Source: Asterias rubens
Lineage: Eukaryota
Assembly (NCBI RefSeq): GCF_902459465.1
Contig: NC_047069.1
Coordinates: 12,276,001 to 12,340,000, forward strand
Direction of reading: 5' to 3'
DNA length: 64,000 nucleotides
In this document: positions 24,202 to 36,700 of the stretch, one piece after another
Layout of the letters: every line of letters begins with the position of its first letter
How positions within the stretch are numbered: position 1 is the stretch's first letter
The notes under the pieces: generated by a model
What the model saw: only the letters and a program-made list of their open reading frames with translations
Databases searched by the model: none
What the model was told of the DNA's origin: nothing
Translations under genes and position numbers: made by a program

Positions 24202-24451
24202 GGGCCCAATTTCATGGCTCTGCTTACTGCCGAATTATGCGTTTACAATCACGATTTCCCGCTTACCTGCAAGCGCCAAATTTCTGCACTAGCCTTGTAA
24301 TCATAGAATGCCTAGTAACGTGGAGTACGCACTCCCAGAAGCCAAAATTTGCCGCTCACCCGTGAAATGCGTTTGCCGTAAGCACAGAATTCCCCACTTC
24401 CGTAAGCGCCAATTCTGTGCTTACGATAAGCAGAGCCATGAAATTGGGCCC
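24202..24451. mobile_element. MITE family F subtype
   Basis: Extended TIR GGGCCCAATTTCATGGCTCTGCTTA / TAAGCAGAGCCATGAAATTGGGCCC. Confidence 0.8.
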
Positions 24452-25934
24452 TGCTGCATGCAATGATCCTATCCCCCTAGCCTTACACAATGTATGTAAA
24501 GCTTTTCATGTCTGCTGTTCACAGAGTCATTAGATATGAGCGTCCGATTTCAGATTTTTTTCAGAGCTCCATAATTCAAATCTTGCCTGTGACAAGCTAC
24601 TATTCTCACCAGATTATCATTCCATAGGCGGCACACTATTTATGGCGGTAGGTCGGATATTCCTAAAGAAACTGTCGTTCTCGTTACATATTTCAGCTGT
24701 CAACATATCCTGCAGCCATGGAATATTTATCTTGTGAGATCAGTAGCTTCTTCTAGTTCTGTTGAGTAATGAAGTATACTCAATACCCATAAAGACAAGT
24801 GAGATAAAATAAAAAACAGTTAAATGCATGTTAAACTGTCTCAGGAAGTCTCCTCATTTTGATTCTGGTCTTTTAAAAACAGCTCTGTTCCAGTTAACAT
24901 TTTGAGCTACACGACCTTGTGGATTGTTCCCACAAATTCGAGCCCTGAAGACTAAGGGTATAATCTTTGCAATCACTAAAATTCAGCTGTAGATCTTGGT
25001 CTTCTCAAAATCTGGGTCACAAATTTTTATTCCTATAGCATCTCAGAATGGGGTCCAATTTCATAGAGCTGCTTAAGAACAACAAAGTAGCTAAGTACAA
25101 CAAAAGGATGCTAACGAAAAAATGGTTATCAGCTAAACTACCATGTCACAAGTTGTGACTGGTATCCTGCTTATTAATGCTTAACATTTTTTAGCAATAT
25201 TTTCTGCTTGAAGCAACCCTATGAATTTGGGCCATGTGCTCTTCTGTAGTTCAATCATCTCCACCAGTGTTGTAGCCACGGTGGCCCGAATTTACAATTT
25301 TTAGCCCGGCACTCGGAACAAAATACATTGTGCCGCCAAGCACAGATTTCCCCCAGATTAGTTCAAAATAATGTCCACTGTGCATTGATTTGAGACACGA
25401 TATTAGGTGTATCAAATGTCACCAAGAAAGAACACAGTCGATAAATGTCATTCAACTTATTGCATGGCCCCACGAAATGAACTGTTTGGAAACCTGGCAT
25501 CATGCAGAAAGCTAGCAATTAATCAATGATGACCTTAGGCCTCATAGTTAAAAAAAAACATGAATAATTTTGTTGATCCGCTCGCCCTTGGTAGACTTCG
25601 AACAAATTTTAATTATATAGCCCACCATTAAAATTGGTCTAGCTACAACCCTGATCTTAACGTTGAGATGTACTCGTCCTATTTGGTTTTCTTTGCATCA
25701 CTCATTGATCTCGTTCACTCTTTTTTTTTCGAAATAATCCCGGTTTTTATTTCACTTAGGTTTGATGGATTTAGTACCACTCTGCCGAACCAAACTTGCT
25801 TGACAAGGGGTGAGGAATCCTAGAAAATCCTGAACAATTCTGAAATGCACTGTGTGGCAGGATTCTGATGTCATAACAAATTTTGTAAGGCTCCGTCTAA
25901 ACCAAAGACCCTTTTGTGTTGAGGGATTATACCC

Positions 25935-28900
25935 TCATTGGTTCTGCTCCTTTGAAGAATGTTCAACATCATTCCCAGTTGAAGACGTGTCCATCTCATT
26001 ACCAAGTGTCTCTTCGTCTTCATCGTTCAGAATCGCCTGCCTCTCATCAATCGGCGATGTCTCCATGTCTTCTTGAACGGTGTCTTCAGTAGATGTCTCA
26101 GTGTTCTGGGCAGATGTCACAGTATTTTGGGTAGACATCTCAGTGTCTTGGGTAGAAATCTCAATTTCTTGGGCAGACGTTTCTGTGTTTTTGGTAGGCG
26201 TGTATTTGGCAGACGTCTCTGTGTTTTGGGCGGAGGTCCAAGTGTTTTGGGAAGCCATCTCAGTGAGTTGGGCAGATCTCTCAATGTGTTGGGCAGTCAT
26301 CTCAGTGTCTTCGGTAGATATCTCAGTGTCTTGGGCAAACGTCTCTGTGTTTTTGGCAGATGTTTCTGTGTTCTGGGTCGACGTCTCAGTGTTTTGGGCA
26401 GAGGTCTCAGTGTCTTGGGTAGACGTCTCAATGTATTGGGCAATCAGTTCAGTGTGTTGAGAAGAGCTAGACATCTCAGTGTCTTGGGTACACATCTTAG
26501 TGTCTTGGGCAAACATCTCTGTGTTTTTGGCAGGCGTGTTTTTGGCAGGCGTTTTTTTGGTAGACATTTCTGTGATTTGGGCAGACATCTCAGTGTTTTT
26601 GGCTTTAATCTCAGTGTCTTGGGTAGGTTTTTCATCTGTAGTTCCACCATCATCTTTGTGAGATTCAATTTTGTATTTAGTTTGTCTTGGCCTTGTTAGT
26701 GTGGCTGAATCTGGGAAGCAGGAGAGTTTTGAGGCCAGACCTCTCTTCTTCCGGGGCTGAAAATAGGAAACAATTTTACAAAAAATCAAATATAATCCTG
26801 ATTCCTAGATATTTGTACATTGTTCGCATTTGTGCAAAAAAAATTGTCTGTCTCCTTCAATTAATCCCGATTGAAAAATACAACTGTTTCGCAAGATACT
26901 GGTCGTCGAAGTTGCAAGATAATATTGAAAGAAAAACACCCTTGATTCTCAAACTCTAATTCTGAGGTCTCAAAATCAAATTCTTGGAAAATCACTTCTT
27001 TCTCGAAAACTACGTCACTTCATAGGGAGCCGTTTCTCACAAAGTTTTGTACTATCAACCTCTCCTTATTACTCGTTACCAAGTAAGGTTTTATGCTAAC
27101 ATTTATTTTGAGTAATAACCAATAGTGTCCACTGCATTTAAAGATATAACAATTACCTTGGGTGGTGGGCGTTTGTAGTCGGCATTATGCACCACTTGAT
27201 GTTTAGACAGTGAGCATTTATGAATGAATGTTTTACTACAGCCGGGGTGATCGCAGGCATAGGGTCGTTCACCGTCGTGGTAGTTCCTGATGTGAAGCTC
27301 CAGATATGAAGCCTGTGGGAAAAACAAATCAGATGTCAGGCATGGAATATCTTCTTTGAGAGGGCAAGGTTATTGCAGGGAACATTCTGGAATGATACTT
27401 CAAGGCAGATGCTAAGATTTATCCTAACTAGAATAAAATATATTTCTCCAACCAAATGAAATACGAAGCGCCTGAAATCTTTTTTTCAAAACTTATATTT
27501 TCTCTGGCCATATGAAAAACGGAACGGCGGAAATCTGTTTTCAATAAAGTTTATTTTTAATTAAAAAAAAAATTTTCCCGGCCAGATAAAACGCAGAGCG
27601 CCGGAAAAAATCAGGGGAAAATTTGAAAAAGCCGGAACTACGGCAATAGCCAGAAAACTGGGATCCCTGAAACTAAGTTGTGGAGGTAGTGCTTTCTGCT
27701 CTACCAGCCAGGCTTTCTGATGGATGATACCATAATAATAATTGGGTCTCAGAATTCATCACTGCAATAACATTTCTTTCTGAAAATTTGAATATACTCA
27801 GCGCCTTGAGTACCTTGTTTGGTAGATACGTGCGCTATATAAGACTTTGATATTACTATTACCCAAGCCTACATCCGCATGGACTGTAAAAGGGGTAGCC
27901 CCATTTCAGCGCCAGGAGTAGGTGGCAACGACCCCTGGCAAAAATAAATTGTAGCCCACACCTTGAAGTGGCCTCCAGGCCTTGTGTGTCTGGCGACTTG
28001 CATAATTTTCTTTTTTAAATAACAAAAAAACTGTGTGTTTGATTACCAGTACTGGTAAGCAATTATTGTCTCCTAAGATAAAAATTATTTTCATGATATT
28101 TTTTTTTTTACTAATTTCTCAAAACCAACAGCACCTCAGCAAGTAATATTTTAATCATTCTCTTTAGAATCGTTGGAGGCGGCATTTACCTTGAGGTATG
28201 ATCGGTCACAGTTCTCTCTCGGACAGGTCAGAACTTCCTTAATCTGCTCATGGGATTTTACATGGGCACGAAGCTGTGGATACAAATTCAATTCGATTAA
28301 ATCAACATTCATGAATACCCCAGACAGTTTCTCTACTAAAGACCAGCTGGAGCTGTTTATAACAAGCTGGCTTCCACGTGTCGGGCGTGCCACATTATCA
28401 CGCGGAACGCAATTCATAGCTATAGTAACAGTGCGTAATCTAAGCGTGCGCGTAATCTAATTGCGCACATACACACAACCCACGCGCATCAAACAGATTC
28501 TTCACAAAGTTTTGGAAAAAATATTTCAAACCTCATGTATGCGCCGTAGCACCCTGTAAACCCTTACAAAGTGCTAAATGATTGGTTCTCAGGATTCATC
28601 ACTGCAATAACCTTTCTGAAAGTTTGTATATACTCAGAACCTTGAACACCTTGTTTGGTAGATACGTGCGCTATATAAGACTCTGATATTATTATTATTA
28701 TTATCATCCTGGTAAAACTTCACAGAGTATAGGAGTATATTCATACCTTGTGCTTCTTGTAGTAGACCTTCCCACATGTTTCACACTTAAATTCTGAGAA
28801 AGAAGAAAAAGAAGAGACATGATTTTTGTTTTTCCTCATAATAAAGCTCCATAAAAACTTTAACAAGTAAATAATAACTAGTCTGTAGACAAAATCATAA

Positions 28901-30714
28901 CAAAGCAAATCTGATTGCAGCCGAAGGCTAAATTAAATGAAATTTTCATTATTAAAATCTACACTTTTAAGTGCCAAAGCAAGAAACACAAATATTCAAA
29001 AATACATAATAAAATAATACAATCGGCCTGTTAGATAATGCAAAATTTGTTAAATAAATTTGGGAGACGAAACAGTCAAAATAAATACACCTAAAAAAGT
29101 TATGCAATTAATAAAATAAGAGCAATATAAAATAAAAACCAAACAACTTGTTAAGCATTTAAAATACCAATGCACACAAATATTGAAAAAGTTTCAAGCA
29201 TATCATAATCAAACTCAAAACATGTAAATTTACTGTATTGCAAATAATACACGAAGCTCACAGTCAATATATCAAATATAAGGCAAAATGTACACAAAAA
29301 GAAATTTAAACTGGCAAAATGACTAGCCATTTGAATACATGTATTATAAAACCAGACAATTATTCAAAATAATTATTAGCATAAAATAATTACATGGTAA
29401 CGAGCAATGGAGAGCTGTTGTTAGTAGTTGTTAACTGTTGTACGGCTCCCACTGAGGTAAAGTAGCTTTTGAGAAAGAGGTAAATCCTCACTTGAATATT
29501 AAAATACTTCAGTCCTGAAACCTTTTTAAGGCATCCGAAAGCACACAAATTTGTGCAACAAGGGTGATTTTTTCTTTCATTATTCTCTTTCAACTTCGAT
29601 GAATTTTTTTTTCGTCTGTTTTGTTATTTTTTGCATGTTGGGATCCTCCTAGTTAGCTTTTTGCAAAGTAGCCCATCAGGCTTAAACACTGCATTTTGCT
29701 TGCCCCAGAAAAATATGTATATATATATACCTGTCATATGCTCAACAGAGAGATGTTTCCGCAGCCCACTCCATGTAGTAAAGTGAATATTACAACCTTC
29801 CTTGTCACATGTGTAACCTGGGTGGACGAAGTTTGTAATGGTCAATAATTTGGATAAATCACAATACCTGTTAATACATGTAAACATGTACATGTATGTT
29901 AATTCTGCATCAGGGATAAAGAATATATTATTGGGGTTATGCCCTTGCACCTAGTACACAAGACACACCGTATAAAGTAAAAAACACGTACTACAATACC
30001 TTGCAGTAACAGTTAAAAGCACTTCACGTGTTTGTAACAAATTCAATCGCTACCCACTGTTTTCATACAGAACTGCAAGTAAATTGAGTGTTATGAAGTA
30101 TGATCTGGTGTCTATACAATGCCTTCCTTAAAAGACCTGTGTGGAGAAGCGACCCCTATGAGGGAAGTATACATTTGTACTGGAATATTTCAAAGAGCAC
30201 CAATGCAACGACAAGAGGGCATGAGGGAAATTTAAAATGTCGGGCCAGGCATTCTACTTGTCAACAATCCACACTCTCTCAATCTGTCAGTAAGTTAATT
30301 CAATTCAATTCTTTATTGTGTTTAAAAAGACCCTAAATGAAAAATGTACATGTCTAAGATTGATAAAAGATCAGAAACAGTACAATAAAACTGTTAAACA
30401 TATCAAGATATAAAAAAAAAAGGCATTTGGATAACATTGACATTAAACAGGGCAGTAAAACAAATAGAAATCCTCACCTTTGTGTATTTTCATATGGCTT
30501 TTTAACTTGCTGGGAAGCACGAAACTGGCCTCACAACCTTCATGTTCACATCTATAAAGACAGAGGAGAAAAAACACAGTTGAAATTTAAACCGAGAGAG
30601 TAGCAAAAACCTATTCTAGAAACAAAAAGCCTTGCAGTCAAGCCTTGCAGTCAATTGCCAATACACACATGGCTCAAATTTGTTTATTTATTGGTATATT
30701 ATTATTATTATTTA

Positions 30715-30751
<37 letters not shown>

Positions 30752-33700
30752 GTATAACAAAATGACCAGAAGGAGAAGTGGAAAGGGTCAAAGTACATCT
30801 TAAAAATAGCAACAATAACATATTAAAATGCAATGAAGTGTAAAAAGTACAAAATTTACAAAACACTACATAACAAAATTACATTTATTTCAGCAATTAT
30901 GAAATGACAAATTACAAATCTCACTAGTTCAATGGCAAAATGCAAAGAGGGGGATCAACAAAACGACAGGACTTGTAGCTCAGAATCTTCAGTGGACTGT
31001 GATTTTATTACAAGACTAGAATCAAGATGTGTGCGCCTTGAGCACCTCATTTTTGTGGATTTTGGCGCCCTTTCTTTCATATTATTCTTATTATTAAAAT
31101 TCGAACAGACTACACGTATAATCAAATTAGTGCACATATATATGTGTAGTCCACATACAAGAACCCAGTTGCATTTACATGAACCACTAAGAGAAGGGGT
31201 CTGCCCCGGTGTTTCTGGCAGTGGCTGCTGAATGCGCCGCAGCACCTTGTAACCCCTCAAAAAGTGTTCCATAAATTGTCTCATAATTAACTTTGGTTTT
31301 TACCCGTACACCGATGTATGTTAGCACTGTTTACTCAGTACTTTCCCGCGTCCTGTGAACAAATACCACAGGCATGTGAACAATTTCACAGGACTCGGGA
31401 CAGTACAGTGCTAACACACATCGGTGTATGGGTAAAAACCAAAATTAATATTCTTTATCCCCGATGCAAATTTAACATCTCTTACGTCTCATAATTAAAA
31501 AACTTTAAACCCTGTCTGAAAATACATTCAATATAATGATAAGCGCATCAAGATGCCTGTCTGGTAGTTCTTTATCACACCCCTAAGGCCTATCAAAGCA
31601 CTCGCTATTTTATCCTGCAAAGTATGTGGAGCTACGTTTTGAAGGATGAGACATACCTTTATAGCAATAGGTAAAGTTTACGAGGTGCTGTGGGGCAAAA
31701 TGCAGGCAATCAGACACTTGGTAATTGTCATAGACCAGTCTTCTCACTTGGTGTATCTCAACATATGGATAAAATAACTAACCTGTGAAAATTTGAGCTC
31801 AATTTGTCATCGAAGTTGCGAGATAATAATGAAAAAAAAAACACCCTTGTCACATGAAGTTGTGTGCTTTCAGATGCTTGATTTCGAGACCTCAAAATCT
31901 AATTCTGACGCCTCTGAGGTCTCCCCATTACTCGTTACCAAGTAAGGTTTCATGCTACTAATTATTTTGAGTAATTACCAATAGTGTCCACTGCCTTTAA
32001 ATAAAGCACAATATAAAAACTAGTTATTTTTATAATATATTTACCTGAATGGTTTGATGTTGGTGTGAAGGTAGCTGTGCACTGTGAGATGCTGACGCTT
32101 CTTAAAGGTTTTCTCACATCCTTCATGATTGCACTGAAGAGAAAATCAGAACTCAGTATCCATAAGAATTGTCCTGAGAATTTTTCTTATCGACTGAGTG
32201 AGGCCACCTTACTCCACAGTCGTAGAACTATTGTCATGTTGAGACTTAAAGGATTTGGGTACTTTTTCAAAATGTCCGTAGATTTACATTAAACTTACAC
32301 AGTTTGAAGATAATGATAGTAGAAAGCTTCCCTGAAAATATTACGTGCTGAGGTATTGTAGTTTTTGAGAAATGAGTAAAACAATGTCATAAAAATACGT
32401 TTGTAAATGTTTAAAATAATTTTCGTCTCATGAGACGAAAATTATTTTCATGACATTTGTTTAACTCATTTCCCAAAAACTACAGCACCTCAGCACGTAA
32501 TATTTTCAGGGAAGCTTTCTACTATCATTATCTTCAAACTGTGTAAGTTTAGTGTAAATCTGTGGACATTGTGTTTTTTGTCCTACAAAAGTTACATAGA
32601 CCCTTTAAGTGAAGAAGAATTGAACTCTGGTAAACAGTTAAGCGTGAGTGTTACCCTAGGATTGCGTGTGGTGCGTTTTACAAGAAATAAGAGTGAGCCC
32701 TTGGAATGACAGATGATATGGGCCGCTAGCTGGTATGTAAACAACTATTGGGGAATTCTAAAGATAGTGGGAAAATTGTCCTTACACTAATCACAGTCCG
32801 CTTACTTGTGGAGTAAAAAATTTGGTTCTGCAAAATGACGGACAGTGTTAGTTCACAAAGTAAAAAAAACCACAATTTTGAGGGACATTCGTGTGAATCA
32901 GTTATCACCATTTAAGACTTTACTGTTAAATCTTTGGTTTATTTGTATCCAAACTAAAAATCACAATGGCGTTGGTCTAAATGCACATGACCTATGACAT
33001 AATGGAAGTTAGACTAGCGCTGTAGTCTCTTGTCAACACAACATTTACCTACCTTAAATACTCTCTCGCGATGGATTCTGCGGATGTGTTTCTTTAGAGT
33101 ATCAACTATGCTGAATGTTTTGTTACAGCCATCCTCCATACACCTGGGCGCGAGATAAAAGAATAGAGAGTTAGAATAATCATGTCTTAAGAAAGGGTCT
33201 ATGTACTTTTTTTTCTATACACAAAACACAATGTCCACAGATTTACATTACCGGTAAACTTGCACAGTTTAAAGAAAATGATAGTAGAAAGCTTCCCTTG
33301 AAATGTTACTTACTGAGGTGCTGTAGGTTTTGAGAAATGAGTAAAACAATGTCACAAAAATGTCACAGTAATAACCAGTTATGGTACATGTATGTTATGG
33401 TACAATATCATAACTGGTTGGTACGTTTTTACATGCTAAAATAATTTTCGTCTCACCGAGACGAATATTATTTTGTGACTTATTTTACTCACTTCTCAAA
33501 AACTACAGCACTTCAGTAAGTAACATTTGAAGGGAAGCTTTCTTCTTTGATTATCTTCAAACCGTGTAAGTTTATTGTACATGTAAATCTGTGGACTTTT
33601 TGAAAAAGTACCCGAATGCTTTAATGTGGCCATTGCTCATACAGCATGACAAATGACAAACTACTAGATATAACCAATAATTTGTCAGTTTGTGTGTAAT

Positions 33701-36700
33701 ATTTTAAAAAGTGAGATTTGTTTACAAAGTTACAATTTTTGGAGAATCCCATTTGATCAGTAGATACAAGTCAGTGCTTGAAATTAACACTGGAAATGAA
33801 CACAGGGCCTGCCTGAGACCAGTGATTTTAGTGTCGGGCCAGTAAACTCATTACTGGGCAAGCCTGATGGTCTTGTGTTTTTAAATTGATTATTAAAAGC
33901 ATATAAGGCAATAATAATAGGCTAAATCATCTTGTAATATTTTTTTTTCAATAATAATAATTTGGGGGATAATCAACCTTACTCGCAGCTAAGAGCTGAA
34001 TTGCGAAGGACGCGGCTACAACGTGTTCGAGAAGCAGGCATGCAAGGGCGCCTCTTGCTGCCAGCCACATCAACCCATTATGACCACGGAGCACAGCCAA
34101 GATCAAAAGTGTTTGATTTTTCCCGAGGGAGGAAAACCGGATGGTCTGGAAAACCCTCGTGGCACAGCAGAGAACCAACGCACAACTTAATGGGAATCGA
34201 ACCGGGGTCATCTTGGTGAGAGACGAGCGCTTTACGCACAAGCCAACCATGCCACCCCGGTAAAGGTAGAATACGAGTCTGATCCAGTTGTCTTTCAATT
34301 CTTTTCAGTATCAGAGTACTGCACAAGAAGCCAAAACAGATAAATTCTTGTCCACTAACAATTTTGAGCTACGTACAAGCCCTATGGTCTTGTGTATATT
34401 TCCCCAATGCAGTACATGTCATGGTTAAAGCCCTGTATAGAACTTTATCACGTTGTCACCATTTTGGTCATGTGTTCCCTGTTTCCATTAACAGTAAAGA
34501 ATACTAACATTCATTATGCGCATGGCACCAGACTACATGTATTATTTCGTCCAGCCTCAGTTTGGTTACAATGAGTTGGAACGAAACAAAATTAAGATGG
34601 CCACACCATGATAAAGGTCTATTGAGGGCTTTTTAAGTAAGTCTTTGTAACTCTGTAACTCACACAAAATCTTTCTTGTCGGAATGTGTTGACAAGTGTC
34701 TTTGAAGGTGGCCTTGCCGTGTGTAGTTCTTGGTACAGCCTTCATGGGTGCATATAAACTCTCTCTGTCAAAAATAATTTTGAACACTATTAAAGGCAGT
34801 GGACACTATTGGTAATTACTCAAAATAATTATTAGCATAAAACCTTACTTGGTAAGGAGTAATGGGGAGCTGCTGATTGCATAAAATTGTGAGAAACGTC
34901 TCCCTCTGAAGTAACGTAATTTTTGAGAGAGAAGTAATTTTCCACAAATTTGATTTCAAGACCTCAGAATTAGATTTGAGGTCTCGAAACCAACCATCTG
35001 AAAGCACTTTCATATGTATTACCTCGCAACTTCGACGACCAACTCAGCTCAAATTGTCAGGTGTGTTATTTTATGCATATTACATGTAGCTTAGATGTAT
35101 CCACCAAGTGAGAAGACTGGTCTTTGAAAATTACCAATAGTGTCTTTAAAGGCACAGTCATCATTTTGTTTTTGTCAAAGTCAATCATGGAGGAAGGAAG
35201 AGAAGGAGCTCGAACGACCCGCAAAACCGCAGAGTAACAAAAGAATACCCTGACAATGCCCCTGTCTGACCAGTGGAAAAAGATAGGAGACCTCCAGCTG
35301 GACGGCCGATTAACGAGCAGGATTAGATCTCTTTGTACAGAAGGTGTGGTACCGCCAGACTGCGCCGTTGCCTTCGTGCTAAGTTGAATAATTGGAGACA
35401 AGAATTGTGAACATACACGTTTCCATTTACCGTTTGTGGTGTTTCACGGAAACATCATGGCATATTTTTACATTTTTTGTGACTTTCGCTAGCTAGCGGT
35501 GGTTCAAAACTTGGGTACTAGCACACGAGGGTGGTTGGTATTCAATTGTGTTTTTTCAAATTTGGGGGGGTGGAAGTGTACACAATTTTTATTGTTTTTT
35601 CTGTATTACATCCATACGTCATACGACACCATAGTTGAGTGAAGAACCAAGTGCGCACGCGCCAACTCACATATGCCCAGTTGCCCATTGTTTGTATAAG
35701 GTATGTGGGTGATTACGAGGTGTCGTTAAACTTTTGAAGTCCCTTCTTCGAACTCCTTCTCTTCCTTCCTCCATGAGTCAATGCATAGGCAAGAAAGACA
35801 CAATAAAAGTAATATTTTATAATGTCAGTCGAATACAGTGAAAACTTAGAACTTGCTAAGAAAAACAGTGTCTCTGGCCATTTTTCAACAAGTTGCTGCA
35901 GGAAATATTTTCAGCAAAAAATACAAAATGAGTTGAGTTCCTTCCGAATTAAATGAAGAAAGAAAGTAAACAAAATTAAATACATTTCTTAATTAACATT
36001 GTTTTTACTTGAAGAGGCTAGAAATAAGACTCCCCAATTAATTCAATATATATTGATTGGAGTATTTAAATAAACAAATAAAAATAATATTGATTAGGTT
36101 TAAAATATAAATTTGAAAAAAATATACATATAGAAAGTTGAGTAAAAATCTGAGTGATATACACTTTTTACAGCAGTTAACTTTTCAACAAGAACAAGCG
36201 CTGTACACGCGGCCGAACTGACGAGCCGCGACTGAGTTGGACTAAACCATTTTGTAGAAGGGGTGTTACGCGGCAGCGCACTGTCCGTTTACGATGCCCG
36301 CCGTTCATGCATATAGCACACACGCACTGCCGCGTAACACCCTTTTTACAGAATGGTTTAGTCCAACTCCGTTGTGGCTCGGCAGTTTGGCAAGCAAGTA
36401 GGCTGGTGCCGCGTGTACAGCGCTTGGTGACCAATTGACCAAAAAATAAAGCGTTGAGCATATTGAGAAGTCAAAAAACGTGTGATGCGGCAGAAAAACA
36501 ACAGTGAGTACCGAGCAGAAAACTAAATTTTTTGAAGATGTTTTTTTAATTTAACTCAACAAACAGGCCATACAAGCACCATGAATGTATATTGAGTGTG
36601 ATGGGAAAGTTTCGTGTGTGGAGTACAAAGGAAATGTTAGTAAATGATGGCGAACGGTCGTAAAACTTTCATCTATCAACGGCGATTTTAAAAACGTATA

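Noticed and set aside
26073-26699. 208-aa and 126-aa plus-strand ORFs (LSVLGR / VSVFWA repeats)
   Set aside because: These are antisense shadows of the stop-free 21-bp coding minisatellite of GTF3A.
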